The translations under genes were made by a program, and so were the position numbers. This document shows, one piece after another, positions 25,312 to 34,784 of a stretch of DNA of 49,446 nt. Positions within the stretch are counted from its first letter, which is position 1; each line of letters begins with the position of its first letter. Below the pieces are notes generated by a model that saw nothing but the letters and a program-made list of their open reading frames with translations, had not been told where the DNA came from and did not search any database. Source of the DNA: Gemmatimonadales bacterium (GTDB lineage Bacteria > Gemmatimonadota > Gemmatimonadetes > Gemmatimonadales > GWC2-71-9); assembly GCA_036506575.1 (NCBI GenBank), contig DASXRM010000043.1, forward strand, positions 1-49,446. The letters are read 5' to 3'.

Positions 25312-26682
25312 TCAGTCCAGGAGTTCGCGGCCGGCTGCCACCAGTGCTTCGGCATCGGCCTCGGTGGGTGCTTCAGCGATCAGTCGTATGATCGGCTCCG
25401 TTCCCGAGGGCCTCACATGCAGCCACCGGTCCGGCCACGCCAGCCGTAGACCATCTCGTTCATCTGCGGTCGCATTGGGAAAGCGCCGGCGGAGGCGGTC
25501 GTAGAGCAGCTGCAGGTCCGAGCCGCGGGGCGCCTTTGCCTTGACTATAGTGTACTGGGGCGACTCGGCCACGAGTCGAGAGATCGTTACCCCAGTCTTG
25601 GCAAGAAGATGCAAGATCAAGGCCACCCCCAGGGGAGCATCACGGCCGATGTGCAGTTCGGGCAGCATCACTCCACCGTTACCTTCCCCGCCCACAAGAG
25701 CGTGTTCGTCCCGTATGGTACGAGCTACGTTCGCCTCTCCTACCGGGGTCCGGATGAAACGCGCACCCCGGGTCCGAGCCACATCCTCTACCACTAGGCT
25801 GGTCGAGAGGTTTACGACCACAGTAGGGACCGCACCCGCAGTGAGGCGCCCGTCCAACACAGCGCGCACGGCGAAGGCCAGAGTATAGTCTTCGCCGATC
25901 GCCTTTCCGGTCTCGTCCACCAGCGCCAGCCGATCCACGTCCGGATCGACGGCCAAACCGATATCCGAGCCCGTATTCCGCACCAGCTCGCCCAGCTCGC
26001 CCAGGTTCTCGGGAACCGGCTCCGGGGCGCGGGGGAACCGGCCATCCATCTCCAGATTGATCCCGTGGACCCGACAGGCGAGCCGCTCGAGGAGCGGCAG
26101 AATGGCGCCGGCGCCTGCTCCGCGCACGCAATCCAGAGCAACCTCGAACCGGCGGCTCCGGATGGCATCAACGTCGATCATCGGCAAGCGGAGAATGGCG
26201 TCGAGATGCCTTTCGAGGGCGTGGGGGTCTTCTCGGAACGAACCGATATCACTCCATCCAGCGCGTGGCGGGCCCCGTTCCGCCAGGGCCTGTACCGATT
26301 TGCCGGCCTCCGCATCCAGGAAGATCCCGTCCGGTCCGACGAGCTTCAACGCATTCCATTCGATTGGATTGTGGCTGGCCGTGAGGATGAGCCCCGCGGC
26401 AGCGCGATGGTGCTCCACGGCCAACTGTACCGTGGGTGTGGGCACGATCCCCAGGTCGATCACGTCGACTCCAACGGACATGAGTCCCGCCGCAGCCGCC
26501 CGGGCGAACATCGGTCCGCTGGTGCGAGCGTCACGGCCAACCACTACACTGGGGCGGGCGGAGGAAGAAGTTGGTGAACCGGTCGAACGGGACCAGGCCC
26601 CCAGTGCCGCCGCGTAGCGGGCCACCAGCTCCGGCGTAAGATCACTGCCGACCTGCCCCCGGATGCCGGAGACGCTGATCAT
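25312..26682 (-). CDS. glmM: Phosphoglucosamine mutase / phosphomannomutase family
   Basis: MISVSGIRGQVG..., phosphoserine loop LILTASHNP, metal loop AVDPDVDRLALVD. It ends 11 nt upstream of glmS. The ORF-track N-terminal extension was rejected. Confidence 0.8.
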   Translation of the reverse strand: MISVSGIRGQVGSDLTPELVARYAAALGAWSRSTGSPTSSSARPSVVVGRDARTSGPMFARAAAAGLMSVGVDVIDLGIVPTPTVQLAVEHHRAAAGLILTASHNPIEWNALKLVGPDGIFLDAEAGKSVQALAERGPPRAGWSDIGSFREDPHALERHLDAILRLPMIDVDAIRSRRFEVALDCVRGAGAGAILPLLERLACRVHGINLEMDGRFPRAPEPVPENLGELGELVRNTGSDIGLAVDPDVDRLALVDETGKAIGEDYTLAFAVRAVLDGRLTAGAVPTVVVNLSTSLVVEDVARTRGARFIRTPVGEANVARTIRDEHALVGGEGNGGVMLPELHIGRDAPLGVALILHLLAKTGVTISRLVAESPQYTIVKAKAPRGSDLQLLYDRLRRRFPNATADERDGLRLAWPDRWLHVRPSGTEPIIRLIAEAPTEADAEALVAAGRELLD

Positions 26683-26714
26683 CAGAGTGTCGGACACGGG
26701 TACCAGGCGGGAGC

Positions 26715-27758
26715 TCAGGTAATCGGGAGCTTGGAGCCGTCGCCGTGTGCCTGGAGGAAGGCTTCGACCACGCCGGCATCGAAGTGGATGCCGGCACACC
26801 TCCGCAGCTCGTCCACCGCTTCGGAAATGGGCAACTGAGGCCGGTAGGCGCGGTTGGTGGTCATGGCGTCGAAGGCGTCTACCACGGCCACAATTCGCAC
26901 CTCGAGCGGAATCTGGTCGCCTCGCAGCGCATCCGGGAACCCGCTGCCGTCGATCCGCTCATGATGCGACCGGACGATGCGGAGCACGACCGGAGATTGG
27001 GCCAGGAAGGGGGCCAAAATCTTTTCACCCAGGGCCGAGTGTTCCTTGACATGGTGGAACTCTTCCACCGTCAGCGGGCCGGACTTGTTCAAGATCGCTT
27101 CTCTCGTCCCGATCTTGCCGATGTCGTGTAGCTCCCCGCCGAGCCGGATGTGCTCCAAGGCGTCGTCGGTGAAGCCGAGGCGAACCGCGGTCTTTGTCGC
27201 GTAGCGGCTTACCCTGCTCGAGTGACCGCTGGTATACGCGTCTTTGGCCTCGAGGGCGTGCACCAGCATCTGCACTCCATTGATCAGGGACGCTCTGTTC
27301 TTGCGATCGAGGTCGTGCACCTGCAACTCGAGGCTCTGTTGATAAAACCGGTTCTCCAGGATCAGCCGTCGTTTCTCCAACGCCTTATCCATGCGGGCGC
27401 GGACCTCCTCGACCATCACCGGCTTGGATATGTAATCGAGCGCCCCCAGCTTCAGGCACTCGACGGCGGTGCTTACCTCGGCCACTCCGGTGAGCATGAT
27501 CACGGCCATATCGGGGTAGCGCTGGAGGGCCTCGCGGAGGAACGTGACCCCGTCCATCTCGGGCATGTAGATGTCAGAGATGCAGATCGGGACCTCGCCC
27601 GCTCGCTTCAGCACCGATAAGGCATCGGCCCCGGAGCAGGCCTCCACGGGAGACAGCCCGTGCGTCGCGATGACTCGGCTGAGCACCTGGCGCACCTGCG
27701 CGTCGTCGTCGACGATGAGGCAGCGCGCGCTGGCGCCGTTAGAGGTGGTGGAAGACAC
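26715..27758 (-). CDS. Response regulator with HD-GYP phosphodiesterase domain
   Basis: REC: CLIVDDDAQV...ISDIYMPEMDG...IMLTG. HD-GYP: HSSRVSRYA, GGELHDIGKIG, HHERIDGSGFP (Phe in place of the Tyr of GYP), DAFDAMTTNRAYRP. GTG start. Confidence 0.85.
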   Translation of the reverse strand: MSSTTSNGASARCLIVDDDAQVRQVLSRVIATHGLSPVEACSGADALSVLKRAGEVPICISDIYMPEMDGVTFLREALQRYPDMAVIMLTGVAEVSTAVECLKLGALDYISKPVMVEEVRARMDKALEKRRLILENRFYQQSLELQVHDLDRKNRASLINGVQMLVHALEAKDAYTSGHSSRVSRYATKTAVRLGFTDDALEHIRLGGELHDIGKIGTREAILNKSGPLTVEEFHHVKEHSALGEKILAPFLAQSPVVLRIVRSHHERIDGSGFPDALRGDQIPLEVRIVAVVDAFDAMTTNRAYRPQLPISEAVDELRRCAGIHFDAGVVEAFLQAHGDGSKLPIT

Positions 27759-27866
27759 GGTGCGAAACTAACCGAAGCTCAATCCAATCTTCAACCTGGG
27801 AGCCGAGGTTTGTGCCTTCGATCCCCCTGTGGTTAAGCTTCATTCCACCCTCTCCTTGCAGGATCC

Positions 27867-29048
27867 ATGACCCGGATTCTTCCCCACGACCATGAGCACG
27901 GGTTCGCAACCCGCTCGGTGCACGCCGGGCAGGTAGTAGAGCCGCTGGCGGGTGCCGTCATGACCCCGATTTACCAGACCTCGACTTACGTCCAGGAGGG
28001 TCTCGGTAAACATCGGGGTTACGAGTACGGTCGGACCCAGAACCCTACCCGCGAGGCCCTGGAGCGGAACGTGGCCAGCCTGGAAGGGGCCACCCATGGG
28101 TTCGCGTTCGGGTCGGGACTGGCGGCGCTAGACGCCGTGCTCAAGCTGTTCAAAACCGGCGACCATATCGTCTGCGGTGAGAACGTGTACGGCGGCAGCC
28201 ACCGCCTCATGGAGCGGATCTACGGGAATCTCGGGCTTCGAGTGACCTTCGTGGACATGCGGGAGGTGAGCAAGATCGAGCAGGCTCTGACGCCGGCCAC
28301 CCGGATGATCTACTGCGAGACGCCGACCAACCCGATGATGAACCTCACCGACCTGGCGGCGGTGGGAGACCTGGCGCAGGCTCATGGGTATCTATGCGTG
28401 GTGGACAATACCTTCGCCACCCCGTACTTCCAGCGGCCGCTGGAGCACGGCGCCGACATAGTTCTGCACTCGACCACGAAGTATCTCAACGGTCACAGCG
28501 ACATGGTGGGAGGGCTGCTCGTCACCTCGCGCGACGATCTGGCGGAGCGCCTCGGATTCATCCAAAACGCGGCCGGCGCCGTGCCGGGTCCGATGGACTG
28601 CTGGCTGGCCCTGCGGGGCATCAAGACCCTGCCGCTGCGCATGCGGCAGCATGACATCAACGGCCGCCGGATCGCGGAGTGGCTCACCCATCAAGCAACC
28701 GTGACCAAGGTCTATTATCCCGGGTTGCCTTCCCATCCACAGCACGAAATCGCCTGCCGCCAGATGAGCGGCTTCGGCGGCATGATCTCCCTCGACCTGG
28801 GCGATCCCGGCCGGGCGCGCCGGTTTGTCGAGAGCACCCGGATCTTCGTCCTCGCGGAATCACTCGGCGGAGTGGAGAGCCTGATCGGACACCCGGCCTC
28901 GATGACCCATGCCTCCGTGCCGCCGGCCATGCGGCAGGCCATGGGACTCACCGAAAGCCTGATCCGGCTGAGCTGCGGGGTGGAGGACACGGATGACCTG
29001 ATCACGGATCTCGACCAGGCATTCCGGGCAAGTGCGAGGATGAGATAA
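27867..29048 (+). CDS. Cys/Met-metabolism PLP enzyme (cystathionine gamma-synthase / gamma-lyase / beta-lyase family)
   Basis: ...TYVQE...[13 protein letters not shown]..., PLP-lysine motif [25 protein letters not shown]. Confidence 0.88.
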   Translation: MTRILPHDHEHGFATRSVHAGQVVEPLAGAVMTPIYQTSTYVQEGLGKHRGYEYGRTQNPTREALERNVASLEGATHGFAFGSGLAALDAVLKLFKTGDHIVCGENVYGGSHRLMERIYGNLGLRVTFVDMREVSKIEQALTPATRMIYCETPTNPMMNLTDLAAVGDLAQAHGYLCVVDNTFATPYFQRPLEHGADIVLHSTTKYLNGHSDMVGGLLVTSRDDLAERLGFIQNAAGAVPGPMDCWLALRGIKTLPLRMRQHDINGRRIAEWLTHQATVTKVYYPGLPSHPQHEIACRQMSGFGGMISLDLGDPGRARRFVESTRIFVLAESLGGVESLIGHPASMTHASVPPAMRQAMGLTESLIRLSCGVEDTDDLITDLDQAFRASARMR

Positions 29049-29075
29049 GGACAGGGATCCCTCACGTCCCATTTT
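29049..29075 (+). terminator. Weak candidate intrinsic terminator after the PLP enzyme gene
   Basis: GGACAGGGATCCCTCACGTCC (stem GGAC/GTCC plus the inner palindrome AGGGATCCCT) followed by CATTTTG. Short stem with a 3-nt bulge. Confidence 0.25.
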
Positions 29076-29131
29076 GAAACTGGCGCCCCCATAAGCCGTA
29101 AGGTCCCGCACCTCCAACCCTCGAGCCGCAC

Positions 29132-30148
29132 ATGACGTCCAGCGTTCCTGCTCCCCGCCCACGAAAGCGCTTTCCTGAAATTGCAGCCGTCTCGTGGGAG
29201 CACCCGGCGGATCGGGCCGCGCTGCAGACTCTGCGTTCGGTCCCCGGGGTGGACGAGGTCATTCGAAAGGTGCTCGCCATGCTGGGAGGCGAGCGGGGCA
29301 TCCGTCTCCTGTTCCAGGGCAATGCCGTCCGGGTGGGAGCCACCCAGTTTCCCAAGCTCTGGCATCTGCACACTGAAGTCACCACTACCTTCGACTGGGC
29401 GACCGTACCCGAGCTCTACATCTCCCAGACGCCGTTCTTCAACGCGGGAGCATACGGCATCGACGTGCCGTTCATCGTGGTGCACTCTGCCGCGGTCGAG
29501 TTGCTCGATGACGATGAGCTCCGGGTTCTACTCTCGCATGAGCTGGGGCACGTCATCAGCGGACACGCGCTGTATCGCACCATCGCCGCGATCCTGGCGA
29601 TGGTGAGCCTGGGGGTTCTCCCCGTGTTGGCAGAGCTGGTAGTGCTTCCGATCCGTTTGGCCTTCCTCGAATGGTCGCGCAAGTCCGAGCTTTCCGCCGA
29701 TCGCGCCGGGCTCCTCGGCGCCCAGGACATCGTGGTGGCTCAGCGATTGGACATGAAGATGGCGGGAGGCGGGCGGGGGCAGGGCTTTGCGGGACAGCTC
29801 AACGTGGACGCGTTCATGCAGCAGGCCCACGAGTACGCCACCAGCAGCGAGGGGCTCGACGTGGTCTACAAGCTGTTGAGCACCCTGGCGCTCACTCACC
29901 CGATGCATACCGTTCGCGCCGCCGAGCTCCAGCGCTGGGTCTCCGGTGGCGAGTACGAGCGGATTCTTGGGGGCGAGTACGTCCGCCGGGGGACCGAAGC
30001 CAGCGACCGTCCGTTGCGCGACGATATGGCCGCGGCCGGCAGCTATTACGCCGGCGAGGCGCGGGAGTTGGCCGGTCACTTGGCCAACGCTGCCCGGCGC
30101 GCCGCCGATCGTGCCCGCGAGGCGTTCAGGAACGCCCAGAAGCCGTGA
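29132..30148 (+). CDS. M48-family zinc metallopeptidase
   Basis: HELGHVISGH zinc motif with downstream hydrophobic segments and ...SELSADRAG. Confidence 0.8.
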   Translation: MTSSVPAPRPRKRFPEIAAVSWEHPADRAALQTLRSVPGVDEVIRKVLAMLGGERGIRLLFQGNAVRVGATQFPKLWHLHTEVTTTFDWATVPELYISQTPFFNAGAYGIDVPFIVVHSAAVELLDDDELRVLLSHELGHVISGHALYRTIAAILAMVSLGVLPVLAELVVLPIRLAFLEWSRKSELSADRAGLLGAQDIVVAQRLDMKMAGGGRGQGFAGQLNVDAFMQQAHEYATSSEGLDVVYKLLSTLALTHPMHTVRAAELQRWVSGGEYERILGGEYVRRGTEASDRPLRDDMAAAGSYYAGEARELAGHLANAARRAADRAREAFRNAQKP

Positions 30149-31449
30149 GATTACTCGTAGTAGGAGGTGGAGGACGGGAGCATGCGCTCTGCTGGACTCT
30201 CCGTCGAGAGAACCCCGGGGCCGAGCTGTATTGCGCTCCCGGTAATCCCGGCACCGCTGAAATTGCCGACAACCTTCCCATCGCTGCCGACGATCTCGAC
30301 CGCATTGCCGACGCGGCCGACATGCACGGGATCGATCTTACCATCGTCGGGCCCGAGGTCCCTCTGGCGCGCGGTTTGGCCGACCGGCTCCGAGCCGAAG
30401 GGCGGGCGGTGTTCGGCCCCGGGGCCGCGGCCGCCCAGATCGAGGCCTCCAAGGACTTTGCCAAGCAGGTAATGGCGGCCGCCGGAGTGCGCACGGCAGC
30501 CAGTCGCACGTTCACGGAGCTGGCACCCGCCCTGGCCTACATAGACCGTCAACCCGCGCCGCTGGTGGTGAAGGCCTCGGGACTCGCCGCCGGCAAGGGT
30601 GCTCTGGTTTGCCCGAGCCGGCTGGATGCCGCGAAGGCGGTGCGCGCCATGTTGGAGGGGGGTCAGTTCGGCGAAGCCGGGCGGACTGTGGTAATCGAAG
30701 CCTACCTCGAGGGAGAGGAGATCTCGGTCATGGCGGTGACCGACGGCAGGGACTTGGAGCTCCTGCCGGTGTCCCAGGACCACAAGCGATTGCTGGAGGG
30801 GGATGGAGGTCCCAACACCGGCGGCATGGGGGCGTATAGTCCGGTTGCGGTTGCCGGGCCGGCGCTGCTCGAAAGAGTGAGGCGCGACGTGCTCCTGCCG
30901 ACCCTGGAGCAGCTGCAGCGGATGGGCGCCCCGTTTTCCGGACTGCTCTACGCCGGACTGATGCTCGATGGGGCGGGCGTTCCCTGGGTCATAGAATTCA
31001 ACTGCCGGCTGGGCGACCCGGAAGCGCAGGCGATCCTTCCTCTGGTCTCCGAGGGGCTCACAGAGTGTCTCTGGAGAGTAGCGCGGGGGGAGCTGCCTTC
31101 TCGAATGGACATCGGCCGGGGGGCCGCGGTGACGACGGTGCTCGCTTCCCAAGGGTACCCGGAGCGTCCCGCGATGGGGGCCGCGATCACGATTCCCGAG
31201 ACTCTCCCCCAGGGCGTCACGATCTTCCACGCCGGAACGACTCGCGGCCCCGATGGTGTGCTGCGGGTAAACGGAGGGAGAGTGTTGACGGCGACGGCTG
31301 TCGCCGCGAGCTTCACCGAAGCGCAGCAACACAGTCGCCAGGCAGCGGAATCCGTCCAGTTCGAGGGCAAGATCTTCCGCGGTGACATCGGCTGGCGGGA
31401 AGCAGCGAGACTCGAGGAGCGCCGCGCCATAGCCGCGCCCCAGGTATAA
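30145..31449 (+). CDS. purD: Phosphoribosylamine--glycine ligase
   Basis: The GTG at 30145 overlaps the M48 stop (GTGA). VRLLVVGGGGREHALCW..., ATP-grasp motifs LVVKASGLAAGKG, VIEFNCRLGDPE. Confidence 0.93.
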   Translation: MRLLVVGGGGREHALCWTLRRENPGAELYCAPGNPGTAEIADNLPIAADDLDRIADAADMHGIDLTIVGPEVPLARGLADRLRAEGRAVFGPGAAAAQIEASKDFAKQVMAAAGVRTAASRTFTELAPALAYIDRQPAPLVVKASGLAAGKGALVCPSRLDAAKAVRAMLEGGQFGEAGRTVVIEAYLEGEEISVMAVTDGRDLELLPVSQDHKRLLEGDGGPNTGGMGAYSPVAVAGPALLERVRRDVLLPTLEQLQRMGAPFSGLLYAGLMLDGAGVPWVIEFNCRLGDPEAQAILPLVSEGLTECLWRVARGELPSRMDIGRGAAVTTVLASQGYPERPAMGAAITIPETLPQGVTIFHAGTTRGPDGVLRVNGGRVLTATAVAASFTEAQQHSRQAAESVQFEGKIFRGDIGWREAARLEERRAIAAPQV

Positions 31450-31465
31450 GACAGCAGGAGGATCA

Positions 31466-31867
31466 ATGCATCGACTCCATTATCTCTTAGGCTTGCTCGG
31501 TATCGCATCGCTGGCCGGCTGCGGCGGTAGCGACATCAACCAGCCGAGCGGCCCCAATCTGTCGGGCAACGGGATCAGCATCGTGCTCGGTGCCCAGACC
31601 AAGGGCACGGCGGCCTTCTCACCGAATCCGCTGACCCTCTCGCTCGCGACAAGTGGCGTGGTCCGGTGGTCCAACGACGATCAGGGCGGGGGCGCCTACG
31701 GGAGTGGCGGGGTGACCCATAACATCACCGCGGACGATGGTTCTTTCTCGTCGGGAAACCTTGCCCCGGGGAGTACCTACGAGGCCACCTTCGGCGTCGC
31801 GGGGACGTACGGGTACCACTGCAGCATTCACCCGACCATGACAGGAACCGTGATCGTCACGCCTTGA
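31466..31867 (+). CDS. Cupredoxin-fold (plastocyanin/pseudoazurin-like) copper-binding lipoprotein
   Basis: Strong SD (AGGAGGA). Lipobox LAGCGG. His in HNIT plus YHCSIHPTM (Cys-His-Met) give the type-1 copper ligand pattern. Confidence 0.75.
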   Translation: MHRLHYLLGLLGIASLAGCGGSDINQPSGPNLSGNGISIVLGAQTKGTAAFSPNPLTLSLATSGVVRWSNDDQGGGAYGSGGVTHNITADDGSFSSGNLAPGSTYEATFGVAGTYGYHCSIHPTMTGTVIVTP

Positions 31868-31876
31868 CGGCTCGCA

Positions 31877-32701
31877 ATGCCTGAGCTGCCCGAAGTCGAA
31901 ACGATCGTCCGAGACCTCCGCCCTGCACTCGTCGGCCGCCGCCTTGGCCGCGCTACTCTCAGTCATGATGACGTCCTCCGGGGAACTACCCGCCGGCGGC
32001 TCCTCCGGCGCCTCTCCGGCGCGACGATTCGACGGGTGTTTCGCCGGGCCAAACACGCGGTGCTCGAGCTCGACTCGGCCCGCCTGGTGATCCAACCGGG
32101 CATGACCGGTTCGCTGGTGATATACCATCGCGCGCTCGCGCCGGATGAGACGAAGTACGCGGTGCTGCGAGCCGAGCTCGATGGCGGCGATGTGCTGGTA
32201 TATCGCGACGTACGGCGTCTGGGGACCATCCTTCTGCTCGATGAGAATGAATGGGAGCGCTACAACCGGGCCATCGGACCGGAGCCGCTGGACGATGAGT
32301 TTTCGGCGGAGCATCTGGGCTCTGCCCTTCGCCGGAGCCGCCAGGCGGTAAAAAAAGTCATCATGGACCAGCGACATCTCGCCGGTGTGGGAAACATCTA
32401 TGCGAACGAGGCGCTTTTCGCGGCTGGGATAGATCCCTCCAAGCCGGCAAGCCGACTCGGTCCCGATGATCACCGCCGGCTCCACGCTGAGATCCGCCGG
32501 ATCCTCACGGCCGCAATCCAATCCAACGGGACGACCTTTCGGGATTATCGGACCGGCACCGGAGAGGCGGGCAACTTCCAGCTCGAGCTCCTGGTCTACG
32601 GCCGGGAGGGCGAGCCCTGCCGCAATTGCGGGACCCGGCTCACTGGCACTCACGCCATCGACGGCAGGATCTCGATCTTCTGCCACCGCTGTCAGTCGTG
32701 A
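31877..32701 (+). CDS. mutM: Formamidopyrimidine-DNA glycosylase
   Basis: MPELPEVETI N-terminus, H2TH region, and a C-terminal zinc finger CRNCG...CHRCQ. Confidence 0.93.
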   Translation: MPELPEVETIVRDLRPALVGRRLGRATLSHDDVLRGTTRRRLLRRLSGATIRRVFRRAKHAVLELDSARLVIQPGMTGSLVIYHRALAPDETKYAVLRAELDGGDVLVYRDVRRLGTILLLDENEWERYNRAIGPEPLDDEFSAEHLGSALRRSRQAVKKVIMDQRHLAGVGNIYANEALFAAGIDPSKPASRLGPDDHRRLHAEIRRILTAAIQSNGTTFRDYRTGTGEAGNFQLELLVYGREGEPCRNCGTRLTGTHAIDGRISIFCHRCQS

Positions 32702-33801
32702 GTCGCGCCCGATCATCACAGCGGGCGGTACCCCTTCCCTCCACCGACCTGGACCAGTTACTACGCCGGGTGCGCGCCTTAGCGGAGAACCGTCCGGCTG
32801 TCTACCAGATGTTTGATGCCACCGGACGGGTGCTGTATGTGGGCAAGGCAAAGCGGCTCCGCACTCGGCTGCTCACGTATTTCCGCGCCAGGTATCCCGA
32901 TGACAAGGCCGCCCGGATTCTTTATGCGGTAAGTGAGATCGGTTGGGACTACGTGCCCAGCGAGTTTGCCGCCTATCTCGGCGAGCTGCGCCAGATTCGC
33001 AAGTTTCGCCCCTACTTCAATCACAAAGGGAACCGGACTCGCCGCTCCGTGCTCATCAAGATCGCCGGCGGAGCGGCGCCGCGGGTGTACGGGGGAGGCG
33101 TCATCGCCCGGAATGACGTGCGCTGCTACGGACCGTTTCAGTCCATGTCCCGCATGCTCGAGGCGGTTCGCACCTTGAACGACCTCCTGGGTCTTCGCGA
33201 CTGTCCGGCGACCGTACCCGTTGTCTTCGCTGGTCAGGGCGATCTCTTCGAGCGGCCGCGAAAGGCGGCGTGCATCCGGCATGAGCTGGGCTTCTGCACC
33301 GGGCCCTGCGCCGGCCTGGTGTCGCAGAGCGAATACCGGCGTCGGGTGGAGACTGCGGTGGCGTTCCTGGAAGGCCGGACGATCCAGCCGATTGATCGAG
33401 TGGTGGCGGCGATGCAGGAGGCGGCGGCGAAGGCGCAGTTCGAGCTCGCGGTGCGCTGGCGGGAGAAGTTCGAGCAATTGGAGTGGCTATTGGCAGCGAC
33501 CAGCCGAGCGCGGAGCGCGATCGATCTCCTCACCTTTGTCTATCGCGACCCCGGCGACTTCGGCGATGACCGGGTATACGTCCTGAGACGCGGCCTTGTG
33601 CGAGCGTCGTTTCCATACCCGGCCACGCCGATCGAGCACGAGGCCTTCAGGGCGGTGGTCGCGGAGGAGGCGGGGCAGCCCGCTGCCTCGACCGGACCCC
33701 TTCCGATGGATGCGGTTGACGAGGTGTTGCTGATGATGGCGTGGTTTCGGGCACACCCGGATGCGCTCCGCAGGACCACGCCATACGAGCAGTGGATGTG
33801 A
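32698..33801 (+). CDS. UvrC-homolog (Cho-like) GIY-YIG nuclease with UVR domain
   Basis: The GTG at 32698 overlaps the mutM stop (GTGA). GIY-YIG: VYQMFDATGRVLYVGKAKRLRTRL. UVR-like helix: QFELAVRWREKFEQLEWL. It lacks the C-terminal half of full-length UvrC. Confidence 0.72.
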   Translation: MSRARSSQRAVPLPSTDLDQLLRRVRALAENRPAVYQMFDATGRVLYVGKAKRLRTRLLTYFRARYPDDKAARILYAVSEIGWDYVPSEFAAYLGELRQIRKFRPYFNHKGNRTRRSVLIKIAGGAAPRVYGGGVIARNDVRCYGPFQSMSRMLEAVRTLNDLLGLRDCPATVPVVFAGQGDLFERPRKAACIRHELGFCTGPCAGLVSQSEYRRRVETAVAFLEGRTIQPIDRVVAAMQEAAAKAQFELAVRWREKFEQLEWLLAATSRARSAIDLLTFVYRDPGDFGDDRVYVLRRGLVRASFPYPATPIEHEAFRAVVAEEAGQPAASTGPLPMDAVDEVLLMMAWFRAHPDALRRTTPYEQWM

Positions 33802-33945
33802 GAAGGCGGGGCAGCGGCTGGCGAGCTGCCCCCAATCCACGAGGAAAGCGGGTGGGGCGGAGCAGACGACACGGGTAGGGGTTCGAAGGCAGGCTCCCAG
33901 GGGCAGGGCGGAGGGGTTGTCGCGGAGCCTGCCGGAGAGCCCGTG

Positions 33946-33971
33946 CCCGTGTCGGCTGCGCGGTGGGGCGG
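33946..33971. repeat. 26-nt direct repeat, copy 1 (CCCGTGTCGGCTGCGCGGTGGGGCGG)
   Basis: 25 of 26 identity with 34117-34142. Followed by hairpin GGGGCGG(33965-33971)/CCGCCCC(33980-33986). Confidence 0.8.
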
Positions 33972-34116
33972 GACTTCGGCCGCCCCTAACCCCTCGCTTT
34001 GGGCGAGCCACCACCCTTTCGGCCGCTGCAGTGCGCTGCGTCGGTGACGATCCAGCACAGAGGCGAGCGCGCACTGACGCGGCCTCCAGGCTAGCGGCTC
34101 GCCCGGCGCGCCCCAC

Positions 34117-34142
34117 CCCGTGGCGGCTGCGCGGTGGGGCGG
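34117..34142. repeat. 26-nt direct repeat, copy 2 (CCCGTGGCGGCTGCGCGGTGGGGCGG)
   Basis: 25 of 26 identity with 33946-33971. Preceded by CCCCACC, which pairs with the internal GGTGGGG. Confidence 0.8.
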
Positions 34143-34151
34143 AAAATGGAG

Positions 34152-34781
34152 TTATCTGACGACGGACCAGAGAGCCGGTGTCCGCTCGACTACCGTGGCC
34201 GGGGCCTGCCCTTGCGGCGGCGGCCAAGCAAACCGGCCGCTCGGCGCATTGTCGTAGATCCGCAGGGCGAGACGCGGTCGCCGGCCATCTTCTCCCGTGA
34301 ACCAGGCGGGATCGAGCCGCAGGATCAAGCTCCACCCGCTCACCCCAGTTCGTCCGCTCACTTCCCACCCGCCGCCAGCACGCTCGGCCCCGAGCCGCCA
34401 GTCGGGATCGTCCCTCGGCGGCTCCCATCTCCCATTCCGCCCGCGGAACACCACGCTGCTATCGAGCACCCGGCGAAAGTACCATTGGAAGTCATCGTGC
34501 TGCGGATTCGCCCCACCGTCCCCCCGAGTATCCAGACCGAGGACGAAATCGTCGCCCCAGTACGGAGTGGAATCCGGGATGCTGGCTGCGACGAAAACCG
34601 TGTCGGCAGCCCTAAGGAGCCAGATAGAGGCGGTCCCCCGCCGGGTCTGAATCCGAATCTGGGGTGATCCCAGAAATGCGCTATCGATCGTTGCGTCAGG
34701 ACGAGGAGGCTGGGCCACGGTGCGGATCTTCAAGGTGTCCGCCCATGCGAGCTGAAGCACCAAAAGCAGGGTCAACGACAT
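34152..34781 (-). CDS. Secreted hypothetical protein (possibly CBM9/DOMON-like carbohydrate-binding fold)
   Basis: Signal peptide MSLTLLLVLQLAWA. Trp/Asp-rich beta-type sequence (DDFVLGLDTRGDGGANPQHDDFQWYFRR). The fold assignment is tentative. Confidence 0.4.
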   Translation of the reverse strand: MSLTLLLVLQLAWADTLKIRTVAQPPRPDATIDSAFLGSPQIRIQTRRGTASIWLLRAADTVFVAASIPDSTPYWGDDFVLGLDTRGDGGANPQHDDFQWYFRRVLDSSVVFRGRNGRWEPPRDDPDWRLGAERAGGGWEVSGRTGVSGWSLILRLDPAWFTGEDGRRPRLALRIYDNAPSGRFAWPPPQGQAPATVVERTPALWSVVR

Positions 34782-34784
34782 CCT

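Noticed and set aside
27759-27866. SAM or other riboswitch upstream of the Cys/Met PLP enzyme gene
   Set aside because: I could not recognise SAM-I, SAM-II or other riboswitch core sequences in the 108-nt leader. A covariance-model scan would be needed to exclude one formally.
33870-33900. tRNA-like GGTTCGAA T-loop sequence
   Set aside because: The flanking bases do not form a T-stem (AGGGG is not complemented downstream). No acceptor or anticodon arms could be built.
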